DNA of 64,000 nucleotides from the human T2T-CHM13v2.0 reference genome, Homo sapiens: assembly GCF_009914755.1 (NCBI RefSeq), contig NC_060930.1; one strand, given 5' to 3'. The position numbers were made by a program, and so were the translations under genes. Positions 13,134 to 24,132 of the stretch are shown here, in pieces. The notes below the pieces were generated by a model, which saw only the letters and a list, made by a program, of their open reading frames with translations, searched no databases and was not told the DNA's origin. Numbering within the stretch: the stretch's first letter is position 1; each line of letters starts with the position of its first letter.

Positions 13134-14307
13134 ATGACCACCGAGGGCGGGCCGCCGCCGGCCCCGCTCCGCCGCGCGTGCAGCCCGGTCCCCGGCGCGC
13201 TCCAGGCCGCCCTGATGAGCCCGCCGCCCGCCGCCGCCGCCGCCGCCGCCGCCGCCCCGGAGACCACCTCCTCCTCCTCGTCGTCGTCCTCCGCCTCCTG
13301 CGCCTCGTCCTCGTCCTCCTCCAATTCGGCCAGCGCCCCCTCGGCTGCCTGCAAGAGCGCGGGCGGCGGCGGCGCGGGCGCCGGGAGCGGGGGCGCCAAG
13401 AAGGCGAGCTCGGGGCTGCGGCGGCCCGAGAAGCCGCCCTACTCGTACATCGCGCTCATCGTCATGGCCATCCAGAGCTCGCCCAGCAAGCGCCTGACGC
13501 TCAGCGAGATCTACCAGTTCCTGCAGGCGCGCTTCCCCTTCTTCCGCGGCGCCTACCAGGGCTGGAAGAACTCGGTGCGCCACAATCTCTCGCTCAACGA
13601 GTGCTTCATCAAGCTGCCTAAGGGCCTCGGGCGGCCCGGCAAGGGCCACTACTGGACCATCGACCCGGCCAGCGAGTTCATGTTCGAGGAGGGCTCGTTC
13701 CGCCGCCGGCCGCGCGGCTTCAGGCGGAAGTGCCAGGCGCTCAAGCCCATGTACCACCGCGTGGTGAGCGGCTTGGGCTTCGGGGCGTCGCTGCTGCCCC
13801 AGGGCTTCGACTTCCAGGCGCCCCCGTCGGCGCCGCTCGGCTGCCACAGCCAGGGCGGCTACGGCGGCCTCGACATGATGCCCGCGGGCTACGACGCCGG
13901 CGCGGGCGCCCCCAGCCACGCGCACCCTCACCACCACCACCACCACCACGTCCCGCACATGTCGCCCAACCCGGGTTCCACCTACATGGCCAGCTGCCCG
14001 GTGCCCGCGGGACCCGGGGGCGTCGGTGCGGCCGGGGGCGGCGGCGGCGGCGGCGACTACGGGCCGGACAGCAGCAGCAGCCCGGTACCCTCGTCCCCGG
14101 CCATGGCGAGCGCCATCGAATGCCACTCGCCCTACACGAGCCCTGCGGCGCACTGGAGCTCGCCTGGCGCCTCGCCTTACCTCAAGCAGCCGCCTGCCCT
14201 GACGCCCAGCAGCAACCCCGCCGCCTCGGCAGGCCTGCACTCCAGCATGTCCTCCTACTCGCTGGAGCAGAGCTACTTGCACCAGAACGCTCGCGAGGAC
14301 CTCTCAG
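13134..14307 (+). CDS. FOXF2: Forkhead box F2, coding exon 1 (391 codons + 1 nt): Ala9, Ser-rich tract, forkhead domain ~13428-13730, His7, Gly7
   Basis: [17 protein letters not shown]...[62 protein letters not shown]... is a FOXF-class winged helix matching human FOXF2. It ends at the donor CTCTCAG|GTAACG (GT at 14308). Confidence 0.98.
13500..13597 (-). ncRNA. MIR6720: pre-miRNA hairpin matching hsa-mir-6720, antisense to FOXF2 exon 1
   Basis: The minus strand contains UUCCAGCCCUGGUAGGCGCCGCG and CGCGCCUGCAGGAACUGGUAGA (5p and 3p arms as I recall them), which pair. Flanks AGCGAGA / TCTCGCT form an outer stem. Confidence 0.75.
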
Positions 14308-15622
14308 GTAACGCAGCACGCTCCAGCCCAGCCAGCTGGGCGCACCGCTTCTAGGCCTCCAGGGCTGGCGGCCACTGCCACTCCCACAAACAGGGACCCC
14401 GAAGCTAGGAGGTCTGAGGGCACTGGGAAAAGCAGATGCTGGGGAAAGCCGGCATCTTATTCGTGGGAGCAGGGATCAGGGTCTTACTGTCCTCCCAGTA
14501 TCCCTGGCCAGCAGCCGAAGCTTCAGAATTGTCTGGCTGCTGTGAGCGTGGTGTAAAGTCCCCTGCCTTCCTGGGCTCTTTGGGGATCCCTGTGCAGGAG
14601 ACTGCAGGTCTCCCGTTCAGAGTCTCACTTAGCTTGGAGAGAAGGCATCTGGCCTTTGGGGAACTTGGTCAGGAAGCTGTGTCTAGTTCCTTTTGTCCCT
14701 TTTTTTCCTTGCGTTCATTTTGCTGTACTTCTGTCCCGAAGTAAATGTCAGAATCAGATATGTTCTGTATGTTGGGGTGTCTGCAGGGAGATGTTTGCAG
14801 CTGGGCAAGTGTTAAGAGGAGGGGGTGGGAGGGACAGAGCTGGATCCCAGGATCTTTCACTAAAGGGACATTTGCCAGTGGAGGGGGTCACCAAACTGTT
14901 GGAGACTCCTCCCCTTCCCTGCCTCCCCCCCCGCCCAACAATGGACCCACATTGATGATACAGGTCCTGGGTGGCAGGACCTGAAGGACCCTGCTAGGAC
15001 TCCCCTGAGAAATGCGCCTGCCCTGTGGATGCCACTTGTAGTGTGGCTGGTTTACATTGTTCTGGTTGCAGATTATGAAAAATTATTGACTTGCTGAAGG
15101 CGGTGAAAGGTGGGAGGGGACGGTAGGGATGGAAGAGGGAATTTGAATATTTGACCAGGTTAATGTGAAGAACAGAGATAAACCCTTACATTAACCCCTC
15201 GCTCGGAGCACCTAGGGCTGCAGATTAAAATCCCATGGGCCTGCCAGTCAAAGGCAAGGCCCCAAGCTACTCTCTCACACTGGCCTCCCACAGCAATGAA
15301 ACAGTGGCTTGGAGGGTGATGCATGCTTTATGTGTTCCTGAGCCGGTGTGCAGCGGGAGCACCCGGGGAGAAGGAAAGCCCAGAAATGGGCAAAAGATGT
15401 TGGTTCCCTGGACGGTGAAATTTCCCAAATAGGCCTTTTAAATGTGGGTCTCAGAGGTTAACCAAACAAAGACAGTCTCGGCAGGACCACACCGGAGAGG
15501 ATTTTAGCCTGACTTAACCCACTGAGAACAGAGTCTTGTTCAATTTTATGGGAATTTCAACAAGTAACCAATACAGGCGGCCTTCCCCTCTTATTTTTGT
15601 ATTCCCTTGGACCGGCTGTCAA

Positions 15623-15623
<1 letters not shown>

Positions 15624-15667
<44 letters not shown>
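15624..15667. repeat. (CA)n microsatellite in the FOXF2 intron
   Basis: About 22 CA units. Confidence 0.95.
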
Positions 15668-15668
<1 letters not shown>

Positions 15669-15949
15669 CTCGGTGCACTGGCCCCTTCCCTTCCCCGCCT
15701 GCCTGCTCCTCTCCCAGCCTGCCAGCTGCCCTCCCTGCTCCCCTTCTTCTCCTCTCCCGGCAGATCCACTCAACTTGAACCCGGACTCTGAGGCTTAGCA
15801 GCCTTGGAGAAACCGTACTCTAGGAAGAAAAAAAAGCACACAGGAAAGAGACTCCTGACCCTTCCTCAAGGCTGCTCTCGCCCCACCTCATAACACTGGG
15901 CGCAGGCACAAGCTCCCAAAACTTCGGAATCTGGATACATTACTGTCTT

Positions 15950-17320
15950 GGAGCGGGTGAAAACTGCCCAGCAAAGCAAGCCGGCCTCTGTGCCCCTACC
16001 CAGCGGCCTCCCGCGGCCGGCCTTCCCTGGGAGCCTCGCAGAACCCCCGACCGAGTCTGGGAACGCCCGGGGGAGACAATAGCTCGGGCCTGACGCCCGA
16101 CAGGGACCCTCTGCCCTTCCTTCCTCGCTGTCTTGCTCCCGTCCCTATAGGATACCCACCCGGCCCTGTTGCCATCTCCCTGGAGCGCCAGCGGTGGAGG
16201 CTTCGGAGGAGCCGGCCGGATGCACCGGGACCCCGCGGGGCCTAGTTGGGAGCGCGCCGCCCACTGAGGCCTGGGGGCCCGGCGAGGCGCGGGGGTGGCC
16301 AAGGCAGTCTCCCCGGCACACAGATCAGCACATGTCTACGCGCACACACCCAGCACGACCCTCCCTCCCCCAGCACACCCCAAGGGCCGCGCCCTCCGCT
16401 CCTGGGCCTGGTGGCCATGGTCCATGTGCCCCTGCCGGCGCAGGGGCTGCCCTGGAGTTCTCCATTAAGCCCTGCGAGCACTTCAGGAAGGAGCTCGGGC
16501 TTCTGTCATCCCGCTCAGCACATCAAAGCGCCGACGGCCGCCTTCGTGGGCAGGTGTGAGCGCTCGCCCTCTCTCCTCCCGAGCCTGCTATTTTGTGGTC
16601 CAGGACTTGCCATCAGAACTTGCTTTAACGCGACGAGGGAACTCACCTGTGTGCAGAGCGCCGCGCACACATCGGGGCTCGCGGGACAGGGCAGCTGCGT
16701 TAGCGCAGCGCCGGGTGTGTTCGGGTAGGTGTTGCGGGCAAGGAAGTAGGCAGCGGCCCCTGAGCAGCCGCCTCGCTCCGGCATTGCGGGGACACGGCGG
16801 GGCTGAGGCCACGAGAGCAGGGCCCGAGCCCGGCGGGCCGTGGGTACGGTTTTCTTGCACTGAAAAACTGAATCCGGCCCGAAGCGACGTGCACTTTATG
16901 GTCCCCACACCACTCGGTTAACTAAGAAAAGACCCGGGCGAATGGACCTAACGCAGCCCGGTGCCGAGAGGGCCCGGTCCAGCAGCCTCTGGGGCCCAGT
17001 GCGCAGGGCACTGCGGGCCGATTGCGCCCCGGGGCCAGGAGGCGCCGAGAAAGCAAAAGCAAAAGCCGGCGGCGGGTGGAGGTCAAGCGGCCCGGTGCAG
17101 GCCGGGGACCGGGGAGCCGCCCCGGGAGAGCAGGGTCCAGGCCTTCTCTGTCCCCCTCCAGCCTGGGGCTACCTCAGGGACTCCTCGCGCTGCCAGATGC
17201 TTCGGACCAAAGGGCATTTCTCTGCGCCCTGAAGTCCCGGCTTCTCTAGAGGAAGTCTAAGACGTTCGGGACCCACGAAGATGCCTGCGGAGGGGCAGGA
17301 GAAGAGGCGTGCTTTTCTGC
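15950..17320. promoter_or_regulatory. Intronic CpG island
   Basis: CpG-dense block inside the FOXF2 intron. Confidence 0.8.
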
Positions 17321-17884
17321 CCCATCCCTTCATCTTGCGATTGGGTTGTTTTCTATCGTCCCCTTTGGCACAGGGAGTCCTCTGCGCTCGCTGCTGTGAC
17401 CGGCCCAGTTAGTTGGGAAACAAGGCTCAGAAAGAAGGCCGCAGTGGTGTTTCTGGGGTAGGGTGCTTGGCCCTCCCTGAAGCCAGGGCTCAGGGCAGCA
17501 CAGGCCAGGAGCTCTGCCGGGAGAGACCCGGAACCAGAGTCTGGGTCTAGTTGTCCGGTACCTGTGCTCATTCTGAGATTAAAGTGCACGCCCCAGCCTC
17601 AGAGAATAAAATTGGAATTCCAGGACATAAGAATCCCCCTCGAGGGGGAACTTGCTCTGTGTTTGTGCGAGCATCAAAACAAAACATAATGATTCCAAAG
17701 CAATTCTATGACGTGCAGTTGGTGTGTTTGAGCTACTTCTAAAGCTGGGCTTTCTCTACCAGCTGTCTAGCAATTTACTAAAAGGCACAGCAGCACCTTT
17801 TGTACTCTGAGGCAAAATAAGACACCCTGCCATCCACTGGATGACTTTGTTTCTGAAGAGGTTTTTTTTTCTTTCTTCTTTCAG

Positions 17885-18048
17885 TGGGACTGCCCCGTTA
17901 CCAGCATCACTCTACTCCAGTGTGTGACAGAAAAGATTTCGTCCTCAACTTCAATGGGATTTCTTCTTTCCATCCCTCAGCTAGCGGGTCGTATTACCAC
18001 CATCACCACCAGAGCGTCTGTCAGGATATTAAGCCCTGCGTCATGTGA
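17885..18048 (+). CDS. FOXF2: FOXF2 coding exon 2 (C-terminal 54 aa including the activation region)
   Basis: Polypyrimidine tract TTTTTTTTTCTTTCTTCTTTCAG ends at 17884. Phase-1 splicing gives [54 protein letters not shown], with TGA at 18046-18048. The QDIKPCVM end is the FOXF family signature. Confidence 0.97.
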
Positions 18049-18790
18049 ACGGAAAGAGGCCAAGCGATGGCCGCTCTCTCCTCTCCCCTCCTCAGAGGGG
18101 GCAGATAGAAACTGGGACGGATTCAAGTCACATGCACGCGGATAGCAGTAAGCCACACACCTGCCACTTAGCCAGAATGCCCAGGATCGCGTTGGTCACT
18201 GTTATTTGCCTACTGCTGGAAGAAGGACAACCGCTGGCAAGGTAGCGTTCCCCAATCTGAATACCTGCAGGCTCCCACATGAGGGAGAGGGCAGACTCAG
18301 GTGGGAAGATGTGCCATGCGTAAGGCATCAACGTGTATCTGTGGGATCTTCGTTGCCTTCAGTAATCAGGGTGTGAAAAAAGCAGACAAGTTGTGTGTGT
18401 GTGTGTGTGTCTAAGAAAACTTGTGTGCTTTTCAAAAAGGCAGTGCTAAGCACAAGATTTCAAGAAAGCCTCTTCTTGTTGCCTAGCTGAGTGGGAGAGT
18501 CATTTTCCCCAGACACTACATTTGGATACAGGTGCCAAAGAACATTATTAAGGAATTATTTAGAAACAATGTGTCTAGTTTAAGAAAGTGGTTTTCAGTA
18601 TTGTGACAATACAACGTTTTTACAAGGTTGTTTTCTACCACCATATTTTAAAGATATTTTTATGACCGTGTATACTCACACTTTGCTTGTATTTTAAAAG
18701 GAGGATATATTTGCACTTATGTATACTTTTACAGTTTGCCAAAATATTTTGTTGTAAAATTTTTTTCAATAAAATGTATATAACAAATAG
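18049..18790 (+). other. FOXF2: FOXF2 3' UTR
   Basis: Runs from the stop codon to just past AATAAA; distal part is AU-rich and it contains a (GT)n tract at ~18393-18410. The cleavage point is approximate. Confidence 0.85.
18768..18773 (+). terminator. Polyadenylation signal AATAAA
   Basis: TTTTTTCAATAAAATGTATA followed by a GU/U-rich downstream element (TAGTTGTTTTAG). Confidence 0.85.
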
Positions 18791-20350
18791 TTGTTTTAGG
18801 GGCTGATTTTCTCTTCGGGCACCCTGAGAGCAATGGATGCCAGTTTCTCCTCCCCGGCAGGCAGCTGTGCACCTCTACCCACACCCCCTCCAGTGGTGTA
18901 ACTGACATGGTGTGGGGTCTGTGCCTTGAGTAACACAGGCCAGGTTCTGATTGTGAGTCTTCTCAGGAGAAAAACAGTGGAAGAAACGTTTTCTGTTATT
19001 TCTTTCTTTACTTCACCCCAGCTTTTTCTGGCAAAACAAAAACCAGAAGGTGAAAGGAACTAGAAGGAAAACCAGGCAAGATACCGACCAGGGTTTGATT
19101 TTGAGGAAACCAATTTTGTGCCCCTTCTGTTTTCTTTCCTGTGCCCGGGGAGTGTTCTGCCCTTTGCCCTCTCTCCCTCCCGACTGGCATGGGTTGACAG
19201 ATGTGGGGCACAGTGGTAAGCCCCCCTCCAGGGTTGGATGCCCAAAGAACAGCACCCTGCTTCTTCCCTTTGCACGTTGCAATTTTGTTATGGGTGGCGG
19301 TCACATGCTGTCAGAAATGGGGTTCAGATCTGAAGAATGCAGGGGGATCCCTGAGCTGCAGGGGGCAGGCTCCCAGCAGGGGGTTTAACTTCCTTGGGGA
19401 GTTTAATACAGAAGCTGGACTCCCCACACGTTGCTCTGTGGCTGCGGCCTGTCCCACCCTCCAATTCAGAGCCTGGCTGGCCCTGCTCAGCATCGGCACA
19501 TAGCAAGCCGGTTCAGCCCTTCCTTCCTCCCGGCCTCCTCTCCCCACTCCTCCCTTTTAACCAGGGATTTAACAAGGGAACCCCTCAGCCCCTTTTTCTG
19601 TTCCTGCTAGATTTCCCAGTCACCAGTGTTACAGGCAGAGCTGGTGACGCTCCCGATGGAAGAGCAAAATGGGCCAACTAGGCAGGAGGACTGACCTTCT
19701 GTCCCAGCAGCCCTTCACCATCACGAGCCATGTTGGGGACAATGGGTCTGAGAGAAGCAGAGAAATTATCTGCTCCAATCATGCTGTGCATTTTCCTCTC
19801 CAATTCAGGGCTGGAGTTTTGTTTTTGTTTTTTGCTTTTTCTTTCTTGATTGGAAAACTCACCTTTGTTTCTTATCCCTTAAAAGGTCTTTCTCCCAGTC
19901 AGTCACCAGACTCTTGGTATTCGTAGGGAACTGTTTCACACCCCAGGGTTTTTGTATTCTAAGTGAATTTCACTGCAAAGAGCGTCTCCTGAGTGAAACA
20001 TCTTGTTTCCGAAAGTCTTAACCATCTTTCTAATCTTTAGGTTTCCTTCCTATATCTTCTAAAATTAAGAAGTGATTTAAACATTTTTTGTCTCTCCATT
20101 ATCATATTTGCAGTTAAATAAGGCCTTTTTATTTTCTTTTATAGTGAGCTACTCGGGGGCCTGCTATAAATTATGAAGTCAGTTTCAGAGTTTGCTCCGA
20201 CCACAGTGCTGTGTTTACATTCCTTCCGAGGCAGCCGGCATGGTCGTAATTTATATCCTAAACACTTGAACGTAACTTGTTTATACAGAGAATGACAGGA
20301 CCTCAAAGACGAAAACTGCGTCTGCCTGCCTGGCCGCATTGGGAGGCCCA

Positions 20351-20368
20351 GCGCGCCCCCTGGTGGCG
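20351..20368 (-). promoter_or_regulatory. CTCF binding motif
   Basis: The + strand reads GCGCCCCCTGGTGGC, i.e. GCCACCAGGGGGCGC on the minus strand: a near-perfect CTCF core in a small CpG-rich patch. Confidence 0.8.
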
Positions 20369-20486
20369 CGAGGAGATCCGCCCAAGGCGACTCAATGATT
20401 CCTTCAAGCTGCGCAAGAACTTGACAAAATGACCCGTTTTGTGGTGCTTTCCAATAGAGACATTTTTAAGTATCTCACTTTCATAA

Positions 20487-20749
<263 letters not shown>

Positions 20750-21555
20750 GTGGGCTTTTTTCTATTTTACTCTTTTCGCCTACTGTCTCACCCTGAAACC
20801 ACATCACAATTCAGTAAGAACAGGCCTGACCATGCTCAGCAGATGCTAAAGCCCTGACTTGCTACGTATATTCTTCATTTCTACATTTCTCCCCAAATAA
20901 GGCTGTTGTTTTGTTTCCTTTTGAGTCAAAATTGTTTCTCTCCTAACTGTCCCTCAAAGACACACACGTACACATAGACTCATTTATATTCACCCTTTTT
21001 TTTTTTTTTTGGAGAAACATGCAGTGCTTGGCTTTAAAAGTTGCTCAAATGTTAGTGATTAAATTGAAAAAAAGTGCTACACCTTTATAAGTGAAAATAA
21101 ATGAACTAACTCAACTAGGGATAAATACCTCAACTGTTTTTTCGTCAAATGGATTTTGAACTTAGGTTTTCTGCTCATTGGCGGAATAAAGTGGTATATT
21201 AAAAGATTTTATTGTTTTCTATAATAATTATTGTTTTTTGTTGGTTTCATTGGAGCTGTATACATAAAGACAAGACCAGGGAACTACTAAGCATCATGCA
21301 TCAAGTGCTGGGCACCGTGGCTGTCTTACCAAATCTCACACGGCTATCTTACTTAATTCTGTCAATATCCCTCTGAGGTGCTGATATTGACCTTATTTAC
21401 AGATCTGTACTAGCTCCTGACTAGGTCATGACTTTGGGGGGTTTGACCCATGTCTTCTGATTTCAGTTTATTTCCCTCGTTTCTCCAACACTGCCTCTAA
21501 GAATTTTGCAACTGACACTGCAGATCTTTGAGTGGCAGGAATATTCCCTCTGAAG

Positions 21556-21752
21556 CAGCAGTTCTCACACTTGAGTGCACATCAGAATCACCTGGAGGGC
21601 TTGTTCAACACAGGCTGTGGGTCCACCCCACCCTCCATTTCTGATTCAGTGGGTCCAAGGTTGTGTTCAAAGATGTGTATTCCTAATAAACTAATAAAAG
21701 AAGGTGATGCTGATAATGTTGGTCCTGGGACCACACTCTGAAAACTGCAGCT
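21556..21752. mobile_element. MER5A (hAT-Charlie MITE)
   Basis: CAGCAGTTCTCACACTT...CATCAGAATCACCTGGAGGGCTTG...GGGACCACACTCTGAAAA. Confidence 0.75.
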
Positions 21753-22259
21753 CTTGAAAGGCAGTTTCGATTACAGATCTTTTTATAGGTTCCAATGGAT
21801 AGGTATTAAGGATAGCCTATTAATTGGTTAAGCAAAGATCTGGAAAGGTTTTTCAAATAGTTTGTCCATCTAAATGCCTCTGTGATTGATTATGGGCCCC
21901 TAGGAAAATGCAAGGCTTAATTTTGAACCCTAGGCCAGAAAGTAGGATCTCCCCATTTTTATTCAAAGCAATGAGGCCTCTTGTTTTATTGTAGTAAACA
22001 TTGCAGAGAGGAGTCAGATGGAATCATTGAAGTCTACCTGCCTCAGTGGAACAATAAGTCTAGGTACTTGCACACAGCAGCCAGTCAGAATTCTACAAAC
22101 AGAAGGAGGCAGTAATGGGAGCAGACAGGAAAAGAAACTCCATTATTGGTTATAAAACCTTTTGAGGGTAGAACAGAGAAAAGGCAAAGAAGGGGGGCTG
22201 TGATCTCAGAGGATAGCAATAGTGATCCCTAGATATGAATGGGTAGGCAGAACCGTGGG

Positions 22260-22710
22260 TGAAGAAGGGAGAGAGACAGAGAGAGGAAAAGGGAGAGAAA
22301 GGAAGAGAAAGAGAGAGATGGAGACAGAGAAGAAGGAGGGGAAAGAGGAAGATAGTCAAAAAGAGGGAAAGAGGAAGAGAAAGGAAGAGAGAGGGAGAGA
22401 AGAGAGGAAGAGAGACACATAGAGAAGGAAAGGGAAAAGAAACGGAGAAGAAAGAGAGGGAGGGAGGGAGAGAGGGAGATAGGAAGGGAGTGAGATGGGG
22501 TAAGAGAGAGACAAAGAAAAGAGAGACTGGGAGAGAAAGAGAGATACACAGAGAAAGAGAGAGGAAGGGCAAAGATGGGTGGAGGGTGTGGGAAGAAAGG
22601 AGGAGGAGGAAGGAGGGAGAGAGACAGGGAGAGAAAGGGTGGAGGAGGAGGAGGAGAGGGAAGCAGGGGGAGGGAGGTAAGGAGGGAAAGAGGTCTGGAG
22701 AGGAGGAGTC
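22260..22710. repeat. GA-rich low-complexity purine tract
   Basis: About 450 bp almost entirely A/G. Confidence 0.9.
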
Positions 22711-24132
22711 TGCAGACATTTCCTGAGCTCCTGTCCCTGGAGCTGAGAGGCAGCCCTGGAAGCTGGATTCCTGTCCTCTGAGGCCACCATTCTCTCTCCA
22801 GGTCCCCAGTGCCAACCCACGAGCTGAAAGACCCATGGACTTCTGTTTTACTTGGCTTGGCCTGAATTCTGGGGAAGTAAGTGAATTCTCTAGTTGTGCA
22901 TGATCAAATTTTCTGAACTGCCACAGCGACTTATACAGAATTAGGGAGAACAATCTTGACTTAGATTTTAGAAAGTGGAAGTCCGATTTCTGGGGAAAAT
23001 CTTCAGGTCCCTAGGATAGGCCACGGTATGGCATTAAAGGGAATTAGCAGCTCCTTCCCAAAAGAAACACTCTCTTTGTAGATTCGTATTATACCTAATT
23101 ACTCTGCATCATGGTGATTAATTCAAAACAGGCACTGACTTACTTAGAATGGAAATATATTTTAATATATTTTATCCGAACGGAAATACATTTTACCAAA
23201 CCTGCCTCTATGAAACACTATCTTAGCAAGAAAAAACACCACAAATGTAGACATGGCCAGGGAGGGCCAGGGCACACAGACGTCAAGGTCATTGGGGAAA
23301 AAATGAAAGTCCTGGAAGTTCTTTTTGAGTTCAGAGTGCCCCAAGTCCACAGCAATCCAACTGATAAATATTCATCTCTCCATGTCCTGGGGGACGTGTG
23401 TGAGATACGGAGCCTTGGCCATCCCACGGCTGCATCGCCAGGCCTGTGGGCTTAACTGTATTCACGAGAGCACAGACGGAGCGGACAGCGGGACAGCTTT
23501 CCCTCCGAAGGGCCCATTCCACCCTCCAGCCTGGCAACGGAGGCTCGGTCACAGCCGGGCAGTGACTCGTCTGCTGGGTGGCACGGCCTCACCTCCCCAA
23601 ACTGGCAGAGCACCTCCCCCTCAGATTTGGAAACCGCTGTGAGTTAGGTGGAGTCCAAGCCTGGAGTGTGGGGAGAGGAAGACCTGCCTCCTCGCTCCTC
23701 CTTCAGCAGCTCCACGCAGCACAGAGCGGAAGTGTCGGTAGACCGTGTTGATTGACTGACTGGGCCCCAGCGCGCCGTGTGCTAATCCCCGCTAAGAGCT
23801 GTTCTTCAAGGAGGGGAGGAACTGGACCTGCTGTCAGAACAGAATTGCTTAGCTGGGTTGAGACACAGGGAACCAGGCCAGGATCTGGCATCTCAATAGG
23901 GATTCCAAAGACACCAGGTCCGCTGACGGACTCACTCTGGATGACACACTTGCTCACAGCCTGAGTGAGTGCACAGTAGCCCAGCAAGCTCCAGGGGGAA
24001 AAAAAAAACCCCCTGCGGCCGTCCCGTGGCCCATCCGGCCAGTTCACACAGTCACCTGGGGTAGGCCGAGGTGTACTTTAACAGCTCCCTGGATACAGCC
24101 GACAGGTCTGTGGGAAAATGTCCGACCTCTCT

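Larger units (their letters stand above)
12100..14400. promoter_or_regulatory. FOXF2 promoter and exon 1 CpG island, TATA-less, with a G-tract-rich proximal promoter
   Basis: Very dense CpG; GC boxes (GGGGCGGGG at ~12375); GGG-run cluster at 12670-12750. Confidence 0.9.
14308..17884 (+). other. FOXF2: FOXF2 single intron (3577 bp, GT-AG, phase 1)
   Basis: Donor GTAACG and pyrimidine-rich acceptor; the splice joins the two exons in frame. Confidence 0.95.

Noticed and set aside
13035-14282. 415-aa antisense ORF over FOXF2 exon 1 (and the 319-aa ORF at 12440-13399)
   Set aside because: Mirror of a highly GC-biased coding frame that lacks stops on the opposite strand; non-ATG start, low complexity, no recognisable domain.
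14308-14354. Read-through of exon 1 into the intron (406-aa ORF in the track)
   Set aside because: Good donor and acceptor sites give the conserved FOXF C-terminus; nothing in the sequence supports an intron-retained isoform.
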